Part shown: positions 49,621 to 59,217 of the stretch, piece by piece | Layout: every line of letters begins with the position of its first letter | Position numbering within the stretch: position 1 is the first letter of the stretch | Source of the DNA: Nanobdellota archaeon | Lineage (GTDB): Archaea; Nanobdellota; Nanobdellia; Pacearchaeales; GW2011-AR1 | Reading direction: 5' to 3' | DNA: 64,000 nucleotides | Assembly: GCA_018815925.1 (NCBI GenBank) | Contig: JAHIWS010000021.1 | Coordinates: 25,641 to 89,640 of the forward strand | Position numbers and translations under genes: made by a program | The notes under the pieces: model-generated | Told to the model about the DNA's origin: nothing | What the model saw: only the letters and a program-made list of their open reading frames with translations | Database searches by the model: none

Positions 49621-50271
49621 ATGAAAAAAACAATTCTTCCAATACTAAAAATTCTCTCAAAAAAATATCCTTCTAATTCTAGAACAACCTTAAACAGAAT
49701 GCGTTTAAAACCAAATCCATTTAAAGTCTTAATTGCCTGTTTATTATCTCTTAGGGCTAGAGATGAAAACACAGAAAAAGTTTCAAAAAAACTTTTTGCT
49801 ATTGCAGATACTCCTGAAAAATTAATCAAAATTCCTACAAAAAAGCTTGAAAAAATAATTTACTCATCTGGACATTATAAGAAAAAAACAGCTACATTAA
49901 AACATGTCACAGGAGAGCTCATAGGAAAATTTAATTCAAAAGTTCCAAAAACAAGAGAAGAACTCTTATCAATCAAAGGAATAGGTCCAAAAACAGCAAA
50001 TATTGTTTTAGCATTTGCCTATGGAAAAGCAGTCATTCCAGTTGATGTGCATGTTCATATTTGTGCAAATAGGTTTGGATGGGTTAAAACCAAAACAGCT
50101 GAGAAAACTGAGATTGAACTAACAAAAGTACTACCAAAAAGATATTGGAAAGAGCTAAATGCAATATTAGTACAATTTGGTAAAGATATCTGTGACACTC
50201 GCTCCCCTAAATGTTCAATCTGCCCTATAAGCAAATATTGCCCAAGAATTAATGTGAAAAGAAGCAGATAA
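49621..50271 (+). CDS. nth: Endonuclease III (HhH-GPD, 4Fe-4S)
   Basis: LLSIKGIGPKTANIVL, PVDVHVH, C-x6-C-x2-C-x5-C. Confidence 0.94.
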   Translation: MKKTILPILKILSKKYPSNSRTTLNRMRLKPNPFKVLIACLLSLRARDENTEKVSKKLFAIADTPEKLIKIPTKKLEKIIYSSGHYKKKTATLKHVTGELIGKFNSKVPKTREELLSIKGIGPKTANIVLAFAYGKAVIPVDVHVHICANRFGWVKTKTAEKTEIELTKVLPKRYWKELNAILVQFGKDICDTRSPKCSICPISKYCPRINVKRSR

Positions 50272-50302
50272 CTTTTTAAACTAATTTTTTCTTCATCTTC
50301 CT

Positions 50303-50419
50303 ATGAAGAGAAGCTCTAGACGTTGGAAAAAGAAAAGACAAATGCGTTGGAAATGGCAACGTAAAAAACTTAGAAAAGAAAAACGTAAGCGTAAGCTCAA
50401 GAGAGCTAGAGCTAAATAG
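50303..50419 (+). CDS. rpl41e: Ribosomal protein aL41/eS32, 38 aa (not in ORF track)
   Basis: MKRSSRRWKKKRQMRWKWQRKKLRKEKRKRKLKRARAK; WKKK..MRWKW..K..R pattern of archaeal L41e; TATA-like box upstream. Confidence 0.85.
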   Translation: MKRSSRRWKKKRQMRWKWQRKKLRKEKRKRKLKRARAK

Positions 50420-50515
50420 ATCTAGAAAATATAGTTTTTAAAAAATCTTAGGTAAAGAAAAATAACCCCTATCCACAACAATAATCTTTATTAATTAATC
50501 CTCAATAAACTATCT

Positions 50516-51478
50516 ATGATTAATAGCAGTATATGGACAGAAAAATACAGACCATCCAACTTCACCGGAATTGTTGGTCAGGATGAAATAGTAAAAAGAG
50601 TTGAATCACTAACATCTTCACTAAATATTCCTCACTTAATGTTTGCTGGACCAGCAGGAACAGGAAAATCAACTTTAGCCTTAATTGTAGTAAAAACCTT
50701 ATTTAAAGAAAATTGGAAAGAAAATTATTTAGAATTAAATGCTAGTGATGAAAGGGGAATTAATGTTGTAAGAGAAAAAGTCAAAAACTTTGCAAGAACA
50801 AAGGCATTAGGACAAGTCCCATTCAAAGTAATATTTCTAGATGAAGCAGATGCATTAACACCTGAAGCTCAACAAGCCTTAAGAAGAACAATGGAAAATT
50901 ATTCAAATACATGCAGGTTCATATTATCTTGCAATTACTCTTCAAAGATAATTGATCCAATTCAATCAAGATGTGCTATTTTTAGATTCAAACTTCTAGA
51001 AAAAAAAGATGTTGAAAAAGTTATTAATAAAATTGCAGATGGCGAAAGATTAACAATAACAGCAGAGGCTCTAGAAAATTTATATGAAGGAAGTGAAGGA
51101 GATTGTAGAAAATGTATAAATATTTTACAATCAACAGCTTCTGTTTCCCCTTCAATAACCCTTGATCTTATATCGACAATAATATCAAGTGCAAAACCCA
51201 AAGACATAAGAATTGTTCTAGATTACACTTTATCTGGAGATTTTCAAAAAGCCAGAGAAAAACTTCTTGACATTATGCTAAAAGAAAGTATTTCAGGGCA
51301 AGATGTTATTAAAGCAATACAAAAAGAAATCTGGAATCTTCCAATAGAGCCAGATTTAAAAGTAAAACTAACAGAAAAAACAGGTGAAACAGAATTTAGA
51401 ATTGTAGAGGGCTCAGATCCTTTTATACAACTTCAATCTTTACTAGCAAGTTTTGTTCTAGCCGGATTAGGCAGATAA
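50516..51478 (+). CDS. rfcS: Replication factor C small subunit
   Basis: WTEKYRP, GPAGTGKS, ELNASDERG, LDEAD, QALRRTME, IQSRC; no intein. Confidence 0.97.
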   Translation: MINSSIWTEKYRPSNFTGIVGQDEIVKRVESLTSSLNIPHLMFAGPAGTGKSTLALIVVKTLFKENWKENYLELNASDERGINVVREKVKNFARTKALGQVPFKVIFLDEADALTPEAQQALRRTMENYSNTCRFILSCNYSSKIIDPIQSRCAIFRFKLLEKKDVEKVINKIADGERLTITAEALENLYEGSEGDCRKCINILQSTASVSPSITLDLISTIISSAKPKDIRIVLDYTLSGDFQKAREKLLDIMLKESISGQDVIKAIQKEIWNLPIEPDLKVKLTEKTGETEFRIVEGSDPFIQLQSLLASFVLAGLGR

Positions 51479-51795
51479 TGTTTCCAATTCAAGATAAGAA
51501 ATATATAAATGAAAAAATAATTCCATTAACATACAAGAGATTAGAAAAATTAATCACATTAAAAGAAGAAAAATATATTGAAAAACTAAAGAAAAAAAAG
51601 AAATCAGAATTCAAAAAAATATCTGCTGATGCACAATTTTATCACCATGAATTAACTGATAATAATTATTTAAATGGAATCAAATTTTTTAAAAATAAAG
51701 TGCATGTTCCAAGAGAAATCAGGGAAATAATTGAATGGGCAGAAAAAAAAGAAGATAAATATAGAAAATATATTGGTTTTGATCCAACAAAATAA
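51478..51795 (+). CDS. Hypothetical protein
   Basis: Coupled to the rfcS stop. Confidence 0.55.
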   Translation: MFPIQDKKYINEKIIPLTYKRLEKLITLKEEKYIEKLKKKKKSEFKKISADAQFYHHELTDNNYLNGIKFFKNKVHVPREIREIIEWAEKKEDKYRKYIGFDPTK

Positions 51796-51797
51796 AA

Positions 51798-52136
51798 ATG
51801 GGAATACAGATTGAATTTAATCCAGACTTAGCATTAAGAAAACATGAAACTGCTGGAAGATTAGAACATGAATGTTTACCAAAAGTTTTAGAAGTAGGTA
51901 AAATATATAGATTCTTAAAAAAAGGACAAAGAAACTATTGGTTAGAGGGGGAAATACCCTTATTAGAAACAAAAGGAAATCAAAAATTGTCGAGACCTTT
52001 AGCTAGTATAAAAATATTAGAAGCAACCCATTTCAAGGTAAAAGAAAAAACCTACACTAGAGGGCTTTATGAGATTAAAGAAATATATAATATCAATAAT
52101 CCCAGAATACATTTTGAAGGGATGAACAAAATATGA
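51798..52136 (+). CDS. Hypothetical protein
   Basis: 112 aa, operonic spacing; MGIQIEFNPDLALR. Confidence 0.7.
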   Translation: MGIQIEFNPDLALRKHETAGRLEHECLPKVLEVGKIYRFLKKGQRNYWLEGEIPLLETKGNQKLSRPLASIKILEATHFKVKEKTYTRGLYEIKEIYNINNPRIHFEGMNKI

Positions 52137-52552
52137 GTAATCAAATTAGACCCAGAGTTGGAGTAAGTGTAATAATCATAAAAGATAATAAAGTATTATT
52201 AGGAAAAAGAATAGGGTCACATGGCCAAGGAACATGGGCATTTCCAGGAGGACATATTGAATTATTTAATAATTTAATAGATACCTGCATTAAAGAGGTA
52301 AAAGAAGAAACCGACCTAGATATTAACATAATTGATGCTAATCCAGTAGCAGTTACAAATGATTTTTTTACCAAAAATAATAAACACTACATAACTTTAT
52401 TTTTCAGAGCAAAAATAATTAATGAAAAAGAACCTAAATTAACAGAGCCAGATAAGTGTGAAGGATGGTACTGGTTTAGTTGGAATGAACTACCCTCCCC
52501 TCTATTTATACCTATTCAAAACTTATTAAAACAAAATTTTAAACCATTTTAA
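52133..52552 (+). CDS. NUDIX hydrolase (MutT/NUDT15-like)
   Basis: PRVGV, GTWAFPGGH.E...KEVKEETDL, EPDKCEGW.WF.W..LP.PLF. Confidence 0.9.
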   Translation: MSNQIRPRVGVSVIIIKDNKVLLGKRIGSHGQGTWAFPGGHIELFNNLIDTCIKEVKEETDLDINIIDANPVAVTNDFFTKNNKHYITLFFRAKIINEKEPKLTEPDKCEGWYWFSWNELPSPLFIPIQNLLKQNFKPF

Positions 52553-52557
52553 TAAAA

Positions 52558-53772
52558 ATGTTAATGAAAAAAGAAACTCCTTGGTGTGAAAAATATAGGC
52601 CAAAAAATTTCCAAGACATAAAAGGTCAAGAAGAAGCAATAACAAAAACAAAACAATTCCTAGGAAATTTTTACCTAAGCAAACTAACAAAAACAAGAAA
52701 AAAAGCTTTAATTCTTCATGGCCCACCTGGAACAGGAAAAACAACATTAGCACATGTTGCTGCTCTTGAAACAAATTCAGAAATTTTTGAATTAAATGCT
52801 TCTGATTTAAGAAATAAATCTAAACTGCAAGAAATCTTAAAACCTGCAATTGAACAACAATCACTTACAAAAAAAAGAAAAATAATTCTTGTAGATGAGG
52901 TAGATGGAATTTCAGCAGTTGATAGAGGGGGTTTAACAGAACTTCTTTTTTTAATTGAGTTAACTTCCTACCCCGTAATTATAACCGCCAATGATATTTG
53001 GAATAGAAAATTAAACCCTCTAAGAAAAAAAACAGACATGATTCAATTAAAAGAAATAAATTACAAAACAATAAAAGATGTTTTAATCAATATCTTAAAA
53101 AAAGAAAACAAATTCATAGAAAACGAAAGTCTAACAAAAATATCTCTAAAATCAAAAGGAGATATAAGGGCTGCAATAAATGATCTTCAAACAATTTCAA
53201 AAATACAAAACTATTCATCAATAGAAATTGATGAAAGAAACAAAGAAACAGATATTTTCAAAGCACTAAGATTAATTTTCAAAGGAAAAACTTCAGATGA
53301 AATAATAAGAATTTTTGATTCTGTATCTATGCCTCTAGATGAAATAATATTATGGATAGAAGAAAATATTCCATCTGAATATTCAGGAAAAGAACTTGCA
53401 AAAGCATATGATACATTAAGTAAAGCAGATATATTCAAAGGAAGAATCTATAAACAGCAATATTGGAGATTTTTAGTCTATGAAAATTTTCTTCTCTCAT
53501 ACGGAATCTCAGCTGCAAAAAAAGAAATCAAAACAGGATTTACAAGTTATAAAAAACCATCTAGAATACTTAAAATATGGTTATATAATCAAAAAACAAT
53601 AAAAATGAAATCAATATGTCAAAAATATGCAAAATATGTTCATATAAATCAAAAACGTGCTAGAAATGAATTTCCAATAATAAAAAATATTTTAAAAAAC
53701 AACAAATCAATACAAAAAGAACTAAAACTCAATGATGAAGAAGTTGATTATTTAGAAAACAAATTAAATTAA
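52558..53772 (+). CDS. rfcL: Replication factor C large subunit
   Basis: WCEKYRP, GPPGTGKTT, ELNASDLR, VDEVDG, GDIRAAINDLQ, WIEEN. Confidence 0.95.
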   Translation: MLMKKETPWCEKYRPKNFQDIKGQEEAITKTKQFLGNFYLSKLTKTRKKALILHGPPGTGKTTLAHVAALETNSEIFELNASDLRNKSKLQEILKPAIEQQSLTKKRKIILVDEVDGISAVDRGGLTELLFLIELTSYPVIITANDIWNRKLNPLRKKTDMIQLKEINYKTIKDVLINILKKENKFIENESLTKISLKSKGDIRAAINDLQTISKIQNYSSIEIDERNKETDIFKALRLIFKGKTSDEIIRIFDSVSMPLDEIILWIEENIPSEYSGKELAKAYDTLSKADIFKGRIYKQQYWRFLVYENFLLSYGISAAKKEIKTGFTSYKKPSRILKIWLYNQKTIKMKSICQKYAKYVHINQKRARNEFPIIKNILKNNKSIQKELKLNDEEVDYLENKLN

Positions 53773-54226
53773 GTTTTTATTGCTTCTAATGCAACAAGAG
53801 CTGATTTTCTAACTGACTCTAACATCACAGGATCTCCAAGAACTTCCTTTTTATTAAACCATCTAAGTTTTTCTTTTTCATCAGTTTCTTTAACTTTTAT
53901 ATCAGGATTTTTACATTTTCCAAAAAATACAAAATTCATATGTTGACTATGATGTGGAACAAATTCTAATTGAAAACGATGCATCTTAATCACTTCTACA
54001 TTTCCATTATCATATCTATTAAAATCCTCCTATAAATCAAACTCAAAACCAACCTCTTCTTCAACTTCCCTTCTTATAGCTTCAAGAGGAGACTCTCCAA
54101 GATTAATATGACCTCCTATCGGAACCCATGTCTGCAAAATTTTATTCCAATTCAGTAAAACCCTCTTATTGTTAACTAAAAAATAGTTGCAACCCAGCAT
54201 TTATCTTTCCAGTTTATTTCAGACAT
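53769..54226 (-). pseudogene. Disrupted NUDIX hydrolase
   Basis: MSEINWKDKCWVATIF, frameshift in a T6 run (54178-54183), Nudix box GGHINLGESPLEAIRREVEEEVG, in-frame TAG at 54030-54032, then continues into the 53769-53993 ORF. Confidence 0.8.
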
Positions 54227-54275
54227 ATGGGTAAAAATATGGATTGTTTTTTAAAAATTATTATGTTAAATCACC

Positions 54276-54581
54276 TTATTTCTTTTTAGCCCTTACAGAA
54301 ATTTTCTTTTTAACAATTTTTTTCCTAGGTCTTCTTCCTAAACCAACTCTTTTAAGAATCCAAATAAGAACTATTGCCAAAATAACTGTTATTAAAGCAA
54401 AAAGTAATACTTTGATAATAAAAGGACTTATTTGTGTATCTTCCGGAGAAAACTGAATATTATTTGCATTTGTCATCCCAAGAACATTACTTGATGAAAA
54501 AAATTCAAACCACACCCCAACTAATAAAGCTACAAAAGCTATAGCAATAACAACAACATAAAATTTCTCATCTTTTTGCAT
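54276..54581 (-). CDS. Two-TM protein with basic C-terminal tail
   Basis: Hydrophobicity and Lys/Arg-rich tail. Confidence 0.65.
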   Translation of the reverse strand: MQKDEKFYVVVIAIAFVALLVGVWFEFFSSSNVLGMTNANNIQFSPEDTQISPFIIKVLLFALITVILAIVLIWILKRVGLGRRPRKKIVKKKISVRAKKK

Positions 54582-54636
54582 ACGAATATATAGGATTACT
54601 TGTTTAAAAAATTTCCCTTATCCTTATTATACACAG

Positions 54637-54659
54637 ATTAAGTATAATATATACTTAAT
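54637..54659. promoter_or_regulatory. Perfect palindrome (candidate operator) upstream of a BRE/TATA
   Basis: ATTAAGTATA-ATA-TATACTTAAT; extra half-site ATTAAGTAT at 54693-54701; TTTATAAA at 54670-54677. Confidence 0.6.
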
Positions 54660-54700
54660 AACAAAAACCTTTATAAACAATAAAATACACATATTAAGTA

Positions 54701-54820
54701 TTCTAAGGGTAGAAATAGTGAAAGAGAGAACTAAGAAATTCATAATTAATATTAAATTTTTTTCTAGCAAGGACTCTCTTTCAAATACCCTAGAAATCAT
54801 GAGCCCTTGCTTTTTTTCAT
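54701..54820 (+). promoter_or_regulatory. Structured 120-nt 5' leader with alternative stems and a U7 tract
   Basis: 54701-54711/54786-54795, 54719-54728/54774-54783; alternative 54766-54776/54801-54811. Confidence 0.6.
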
Positions 54821-57800
54821 ATGATAAATAAAATAATTCAGTTGGAACAAAGAAAAAAAGAAATTATTGAAAAGATAAGAACAGTTGCTAAAGTCAAAAG
54901 AAGAATAATAAATTATACTAAAAAACTAATTTCAGACTTTAATTCTAAAAAAATTACAAAAGAAGAATATCAAGAAAAATTAAAAAAAGATTTCAAACAG
55001 AAATATCCTCAAGAATGGCTTGATTATTATACTAAACACATTACAATATACGAAAAACACCTTGAAGAATGTGAAAAAGCAATTTCAAGAGAAAAAAGAA
55101 AATCAATTATAAAAAAAATAATTTTACCTCTAATAAGCATTGCCTTAATTTCAATGGGATTATTTTTATACTCTTATTTACAAGAACGTGCTCCTGCTTT
55201 AGCACCCCCAACAATAGAAACTTATACAGAAACCTTAGGTGTTACTATAAATGAAAACATAACCTATACCTGGATTTTAGATAATTTTGGAACACTGCAA
55301 TCAGTTAAATTATCTGGGTTAATAATAGAACAAGGAAATGCAAAAGTATATTTAGAAGACAACTCAGAAAATGAATTTTTAATATTTGATAGTCTTAATA
55401 TAGGAATACTTTACAGCCCAGATGAAAACATAACTCAAAATACAACACAACCAACAAACCAAACAATCCCTCAAACCAACATTTCAAACCAAACTCTTTC
55501 TCCAAATCAAACAACAAACATAACACAACCAACAAACCAAACAACACTCACACCAGAAAAAATAACAATTCCTGAAAATATTACACAAGAAATTCCAATC
55601 AATGAAACAAACATAACAAAAAAAATTATTCCTATAAACATCACACTAAATTTTTCAGATATTTGTGAAGAAACTTGTGACTTATCTGAATTTAATCTAA
55701 ACCAAACTTCCTACAATCTAAAAATAGAAATAACTAACTCGGAATTATACTTAGACACAATAACTTATGAAATAATAACTCAAGAAATAACACTTCCTCC
55801 TGAAAATATAACAATTCCTGAAAATATAACAGAAGAACCTCTCTCTACTCCTTTAAAAGAAACAGGAGAAAAAGCAACATGGTGGAACTCTTTTTATCAA
55901 TACAGAAAACAATTAAGAATAACAAATAACCAAGCTTCTACTTTAGTAGCCGGATATAGTGTTTATTTTGTAATTGACACAACAGGACCAGATTTTTTAG
56001 ATAATGGAGATGACCTAAGAATTGTATGGGATAGTGGAACAGGCTTAATTGAGTTAGATAGAGTAAATGAAACAATATTTGATTCTACAACAACACAAAT
56101 TTGGTTCAAATCACAGCAAAATATTCCTGCAAGTTCTTATGATGAAAACTATTATTTGTATTACGGCAATAATGCTGCTGCAAATCCTCCAAATAATAAA
56201 AAAAATGTTTATCTATGGTTTGATGATTTTAATAGAGTCAATAAACCTGATATTACTACTGAATCTGATTACTCAATAAAAACAAATGGTGGAACATGGT
56301 CAATAGAAAATAATCAACTTAAAAATATAGGTGCTACAGGAGACCCAAATAAATTATTTATAACAGCTTTAGGTTCAAGTGTTCTTCCTGTAGAAATGCT
56401 AACAAAAATAAATGTAAATACCTGGGTTGCAAATAATGATCTTGGAAGAATAGGTCTTTCTCAAGATATGATATCTACTGGTGCAGGTTATTGTTCATTA
56501 TTTCATAATGACCAAAGTAGTTTAGATTTACTAAATGATTTGCTTTCTTGGGGAACTCTTGGAACTTATTCTTGGTTAACAAATACTTGGTATAATATGA
56601 GATTTAAAGTAATTGATCCTTCAACAAGAAATGGGCAAATAAAAGTCTGGCAATCAGGAACTGCAGAACCAGGTTCTTGGACAATTGATGGAAATTTTGG
56701 AACAGGAGCAGCAAAAACAAATGGGTATGTTGGATTTGCAGGCTCAAGGCAAGCAGACATAACTTATTTTGATGATATCCAAATAAGATATATTGTAGCA
56801 CAAGAACCAACACTAACAATATTTGATGTTCAAAACACACCTCCATCAATTCCATTAGATATGGAATGCAATGGGGTTAGTGGTCCAGGAAGTTGTAATA
56901 TAGAAGTTAATACAGGAGTTTTATTGGAAGCAACTGGTTCAACAGATGAGGATTTAGATCTAATAACTTATTATCTTGAAGCTTATTTAGATTCAGGAGG
57001 AACTTGTGCAAATAATGGTGCTTGTGATTTATGTGGAAATTCTGCTCAATGTTCAGATTGTTCTGGGGCTGGATGCTCTTGGATTAGCGAAGAAGATTCA
57101 TCAACTTTAATTCACTTTACTGGTTTTGAAACAGATGCTACTGCTCCATGGGATGGTTGGGTTAATGCAGGAACAGATTGTTTGCGTAGTCTTCAATCAG
57201 CAGTTAATGATAATGGGATACTAGGAGGAACATATTCTCTTGAAGTGCAAGACAATACTTTTACTTCTTACACTGCTCAAACTTTTGATTTATCAAGTCC
57301 TTGCGAAGGAAGTACATGTGATAGTATAAATCTTTCTGTTTATTTAAGACCAAGTAGTTATGATAATACTAGGGAAGGTTTTGATATTTGGTGTGATCAT
57401 GGAACTTTAAATGCTGTTAGAATAGCACACTGGATAGAAGATGGAGATAATTGTGTAATAATAGGGGGAATCGATGTTTGTGAAGATGTTTGGACTAAAG
57501 TTGAATTTGATCTTATAAGTCTAGGATGCACAATAGATTCTGCAATTGAAATAAGATTTACTTCACAAGATTTTACATCTGGGGGAAATAATGACCAGGT
57601 GTATATTGATGGAATTAATATTACTGGACACAAATCAGGAGAATTACCAGGTTGTTCAGGAACTTTAGATTGTTCTTCTCTTAACCAAGTTAATTGTCAA
57701 TCCTGTAATCAATGTGATTGGCAAACTTCAAAACAATGGGTAGAAATAGGAAGTCATACTGAAAGTTCAAGTTTTAACTGGGATACTTCTTTATTACCAG

Positions 57801-59179
57801 AACAAACAAATGTTAATTTAAGAGCAAGAGCAATTGATTTAACAGGAAGCAACACATATTCAAATTATTTTACAAAAAATCCAACTTCACCTTATTTAGA
57901 AATAAATCATGGAGCAAATGACCCCCCAATTATAACAATAACTTCAGTAGATACAAACAATCAAGTGGATTTAATACCAGCAAGCACAACACCAGTTGAA
58001 ATTATCTTTGATGTTACAGATCCTAATGGATATACAGATATTGATGATTCTTCAGTCTCAATAAGTTATGATTATGATTTAGGAGGAGAAGTGACAAGAA
58101 ACAATTTCAACTGCCCAGCCCCAACCAACAACGGACTAAACACAAAAACATTTACCTGCACTGTTGATATGGAATATTATGATGCTGCAGGATACTGGAC
58201 AGCAACAATAGACATTAGTGACTTTTCAGGACCTTCAACAGGTCAAGATACACACCAATTCACAGTTAATTTTTTAAGAGCAATATCTTTAAATCCAGGA
58301 ACAATTACTTTTCCTCCAATATTTCCAGGACAAACAAACATAAACTCAGCACAAAATACAAACATAATAAATGAAGGAAACTTTGAGATTCCAGAAGATA
58401 GTAAACTACAAATAACTTCTCAAGCACTTATAGGACAATCTAATCCTCTGGAAAATATTTCAGGAAATAATTTTAGAGTAGTTGAGGAATCTATTGGAAA
58501 TCCTTGTGTTTTAGGAACCCAATTATCAGAAACAATTCCAATAGATATCTCTGGAATAACCTTATCAAGACTTCCTCCAGGCTCTTATGTAAATATTTCT
58601 TATTGTTTAACTTCTGTTCCAAGTATAAGTTCTCAAGACTATTCAACAACAGGTTATAATGCATGGAGTATAGATATTGTAGTCCTTCTTGTAGCTGTAA
58701 TTCCAGCTCGTAGAAAAAAGAAGAAGAAAATATTAGATGAAAACTTTTTAAACTTTTTAGATGAAAACCTAAAAGATCTATTAATATTTGTAAAACAAAA
58801 TAAAATAAAATCAAAACTTCAAAATATTGAAATCCCCTTAAGTATCTTCAAACAAGGATTAAGTCCTGCAGAAGTTGTCTGCAAATATTTAAAAGAAAAT
58901 AAAAAATTAAAATTCAGTGAAATTGCAATAGCTCTTAACAGAGATCAAAGAACAATCTGGATAAATTACAGAAACTCTTCAAATAAATTAAAAGAAAAAA
59001 TAAAAATAGAAAAATCAGTTTTAATTCCAATTAACATATTCAAGAATAAACTAAGTATATTAGAAGCTATTGTAAAATATCTAAAAGATTTAGGATTAAA
59101 AAACCAGGACATTGCAAAACTTTTAGGAAAAAATCCAAACAACATATGGACAATTTATTCAAGAGCAATAAAAAAATAA
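54821..59179 (+). CDS. 1,452-aa membrane-spanning protein: DUF2341-like, Cys-rich and Ig-like ectodomain, twin C-terminal HTH
   Basis: TM at about aa 100-118; WW...YRKQL..NGDDLRI..IWFK..YYLYYGN; hydrophobic stretch before RRKKKK; KFSEIAIALNRDQRTIW and KNQDIAKLLGKNPNNIW. Confidence 0.75.
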   Translation: MINKIIQLEQRKKEIIEKIRTVAKVKRRIINYTKKLISDFNSKKITKEEYQEKLKKDFKQKYPQEWLDYYTKHITIYEKHLEECEKAISREKRKSIIKKIILPLISIALISMGLFLYSYLQERAPALAPPTIETYTETLGVTINENITYTWILDNFGTLQSVKLSGLIIEQGNAKVYLEDNSENEFLIFDSLNIGILYSPDENITQNTTQPTNQTIPQTNISNQTLSPNQTTNITQPTNQTTLTPEKITIPENITQEIPINETNITKKIIPINITLNFSDICEETCDLSEFNLNQTSYNLKIEITNSELYLDTITYEIITQEITLPPENITIPENITEEPLSTPLKETGEKATWWNSFYQYRKQLRITNNQASTLVAGYSVYFVIDTTGPDFLDNGDDLRIVWDSGTGLIELDRVNETIFDSTTTQIWFKSQQNIPASSYDENYYLYYGNNAAANPPNNKKNVYLWFDDFNRVNKPDITTESDYSIKTNGGTWSIENNQLKNIGATGDPNKLFITALGSSVLPVEMLTKINVNTWVANNDLGRIGLSQDMISTGAGYCSLFHNDQSSLDLLNDLLSWGTLGTYSWLTNTWYNMRFKVIDPSTRNGQIKVWQSGTAEPGSWTIDGNFGTGAAKTNGYVGFAGSRQADITYFDDIQIRYIVAQEPTLTIFDVQNTPPSIPLDMECNGVSGPGSCNIEVNTGVLLEATGSTDEDLDLITYYLEAYLDSGGTCANNGACDLCGNSAQCSDCSGAGCSWISEEDSSTLIHFTGFETDATAPWDGWVNAGTDCLRSLQSAVNDNGILGGTYSLEVQDNTFTSYTAQTFDLSSPCEGSTCDSINLSVYLRPSSYDNTREGFDIWCDHGTLNAVRIAHWIEDGDNCVIIGGIDVCEDVWTKVEFDLISLGCTIDSAIEIRFTSQDFTSGGNNDQVYIDGINITGHKSGELPGCSGTLDCSSLNQVNCQSCNQCDWQTSKQWVEIGSHTESSSFNWDTSLLPEQTNVNLRARAIDLTGSNTYSNYFTKNPTSPYLEINHGANDPPIITITSVDTNNQVDLIPASTTPVEIIFDVTDPNGYTDIDDSSVSISYDYDLGGEVTRNNFNCPAPTNNGLNTKTFTCTVDMEYYDAAGYWTATIDISDFSGPSTGQDTHQFTVNFLRAISLNPGTITFPPIFPGQTNINSAQNTNIINEGNFEIPEDSKLQITSQALIGQSNPLENISGNNFRVVEESIGNPCVLGTQLSETIPIDISGITLSRLPPGSYVNISYCLTSVPSISSQDYSTTGYNAWSIDIVVLLVAVIPARRKKKKKILDENFLNFLDENLKDLLIFVKQNKIKSKLQNIEIPLSIFKQGLSPAEVVCKYLKENKKLKFSEIAIALNRDQRTIWINYRNSSNKLKEKIKIEKSVLIPINIFKNKLSILEAIVKYLKDLGLKNQDIAKLLGKNPNNIWTIYSRAIKK

Positions 59180-59217
59180 AATAGCCTTTCAATTAAAGAA
59201 AAGTATTTAAATAGAAA

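Noticed and set aside
54030..54032. In-frame TAG as a sign of amber recoding
   Set aside because: TAG ends several credible genes here (e.g. 15759, 29212, 50419) and the same gene also has a frameshift.
55430..55830. Short repeats ACACAACCAACAAACCAAACA and ACAATTCCTGAAAATAT as a DNA repeat array
   Set aside because: They encode the TQPTNQT and ITIPENIT glycosylated stalk of the 1,452-aa protein and are not an independent element.
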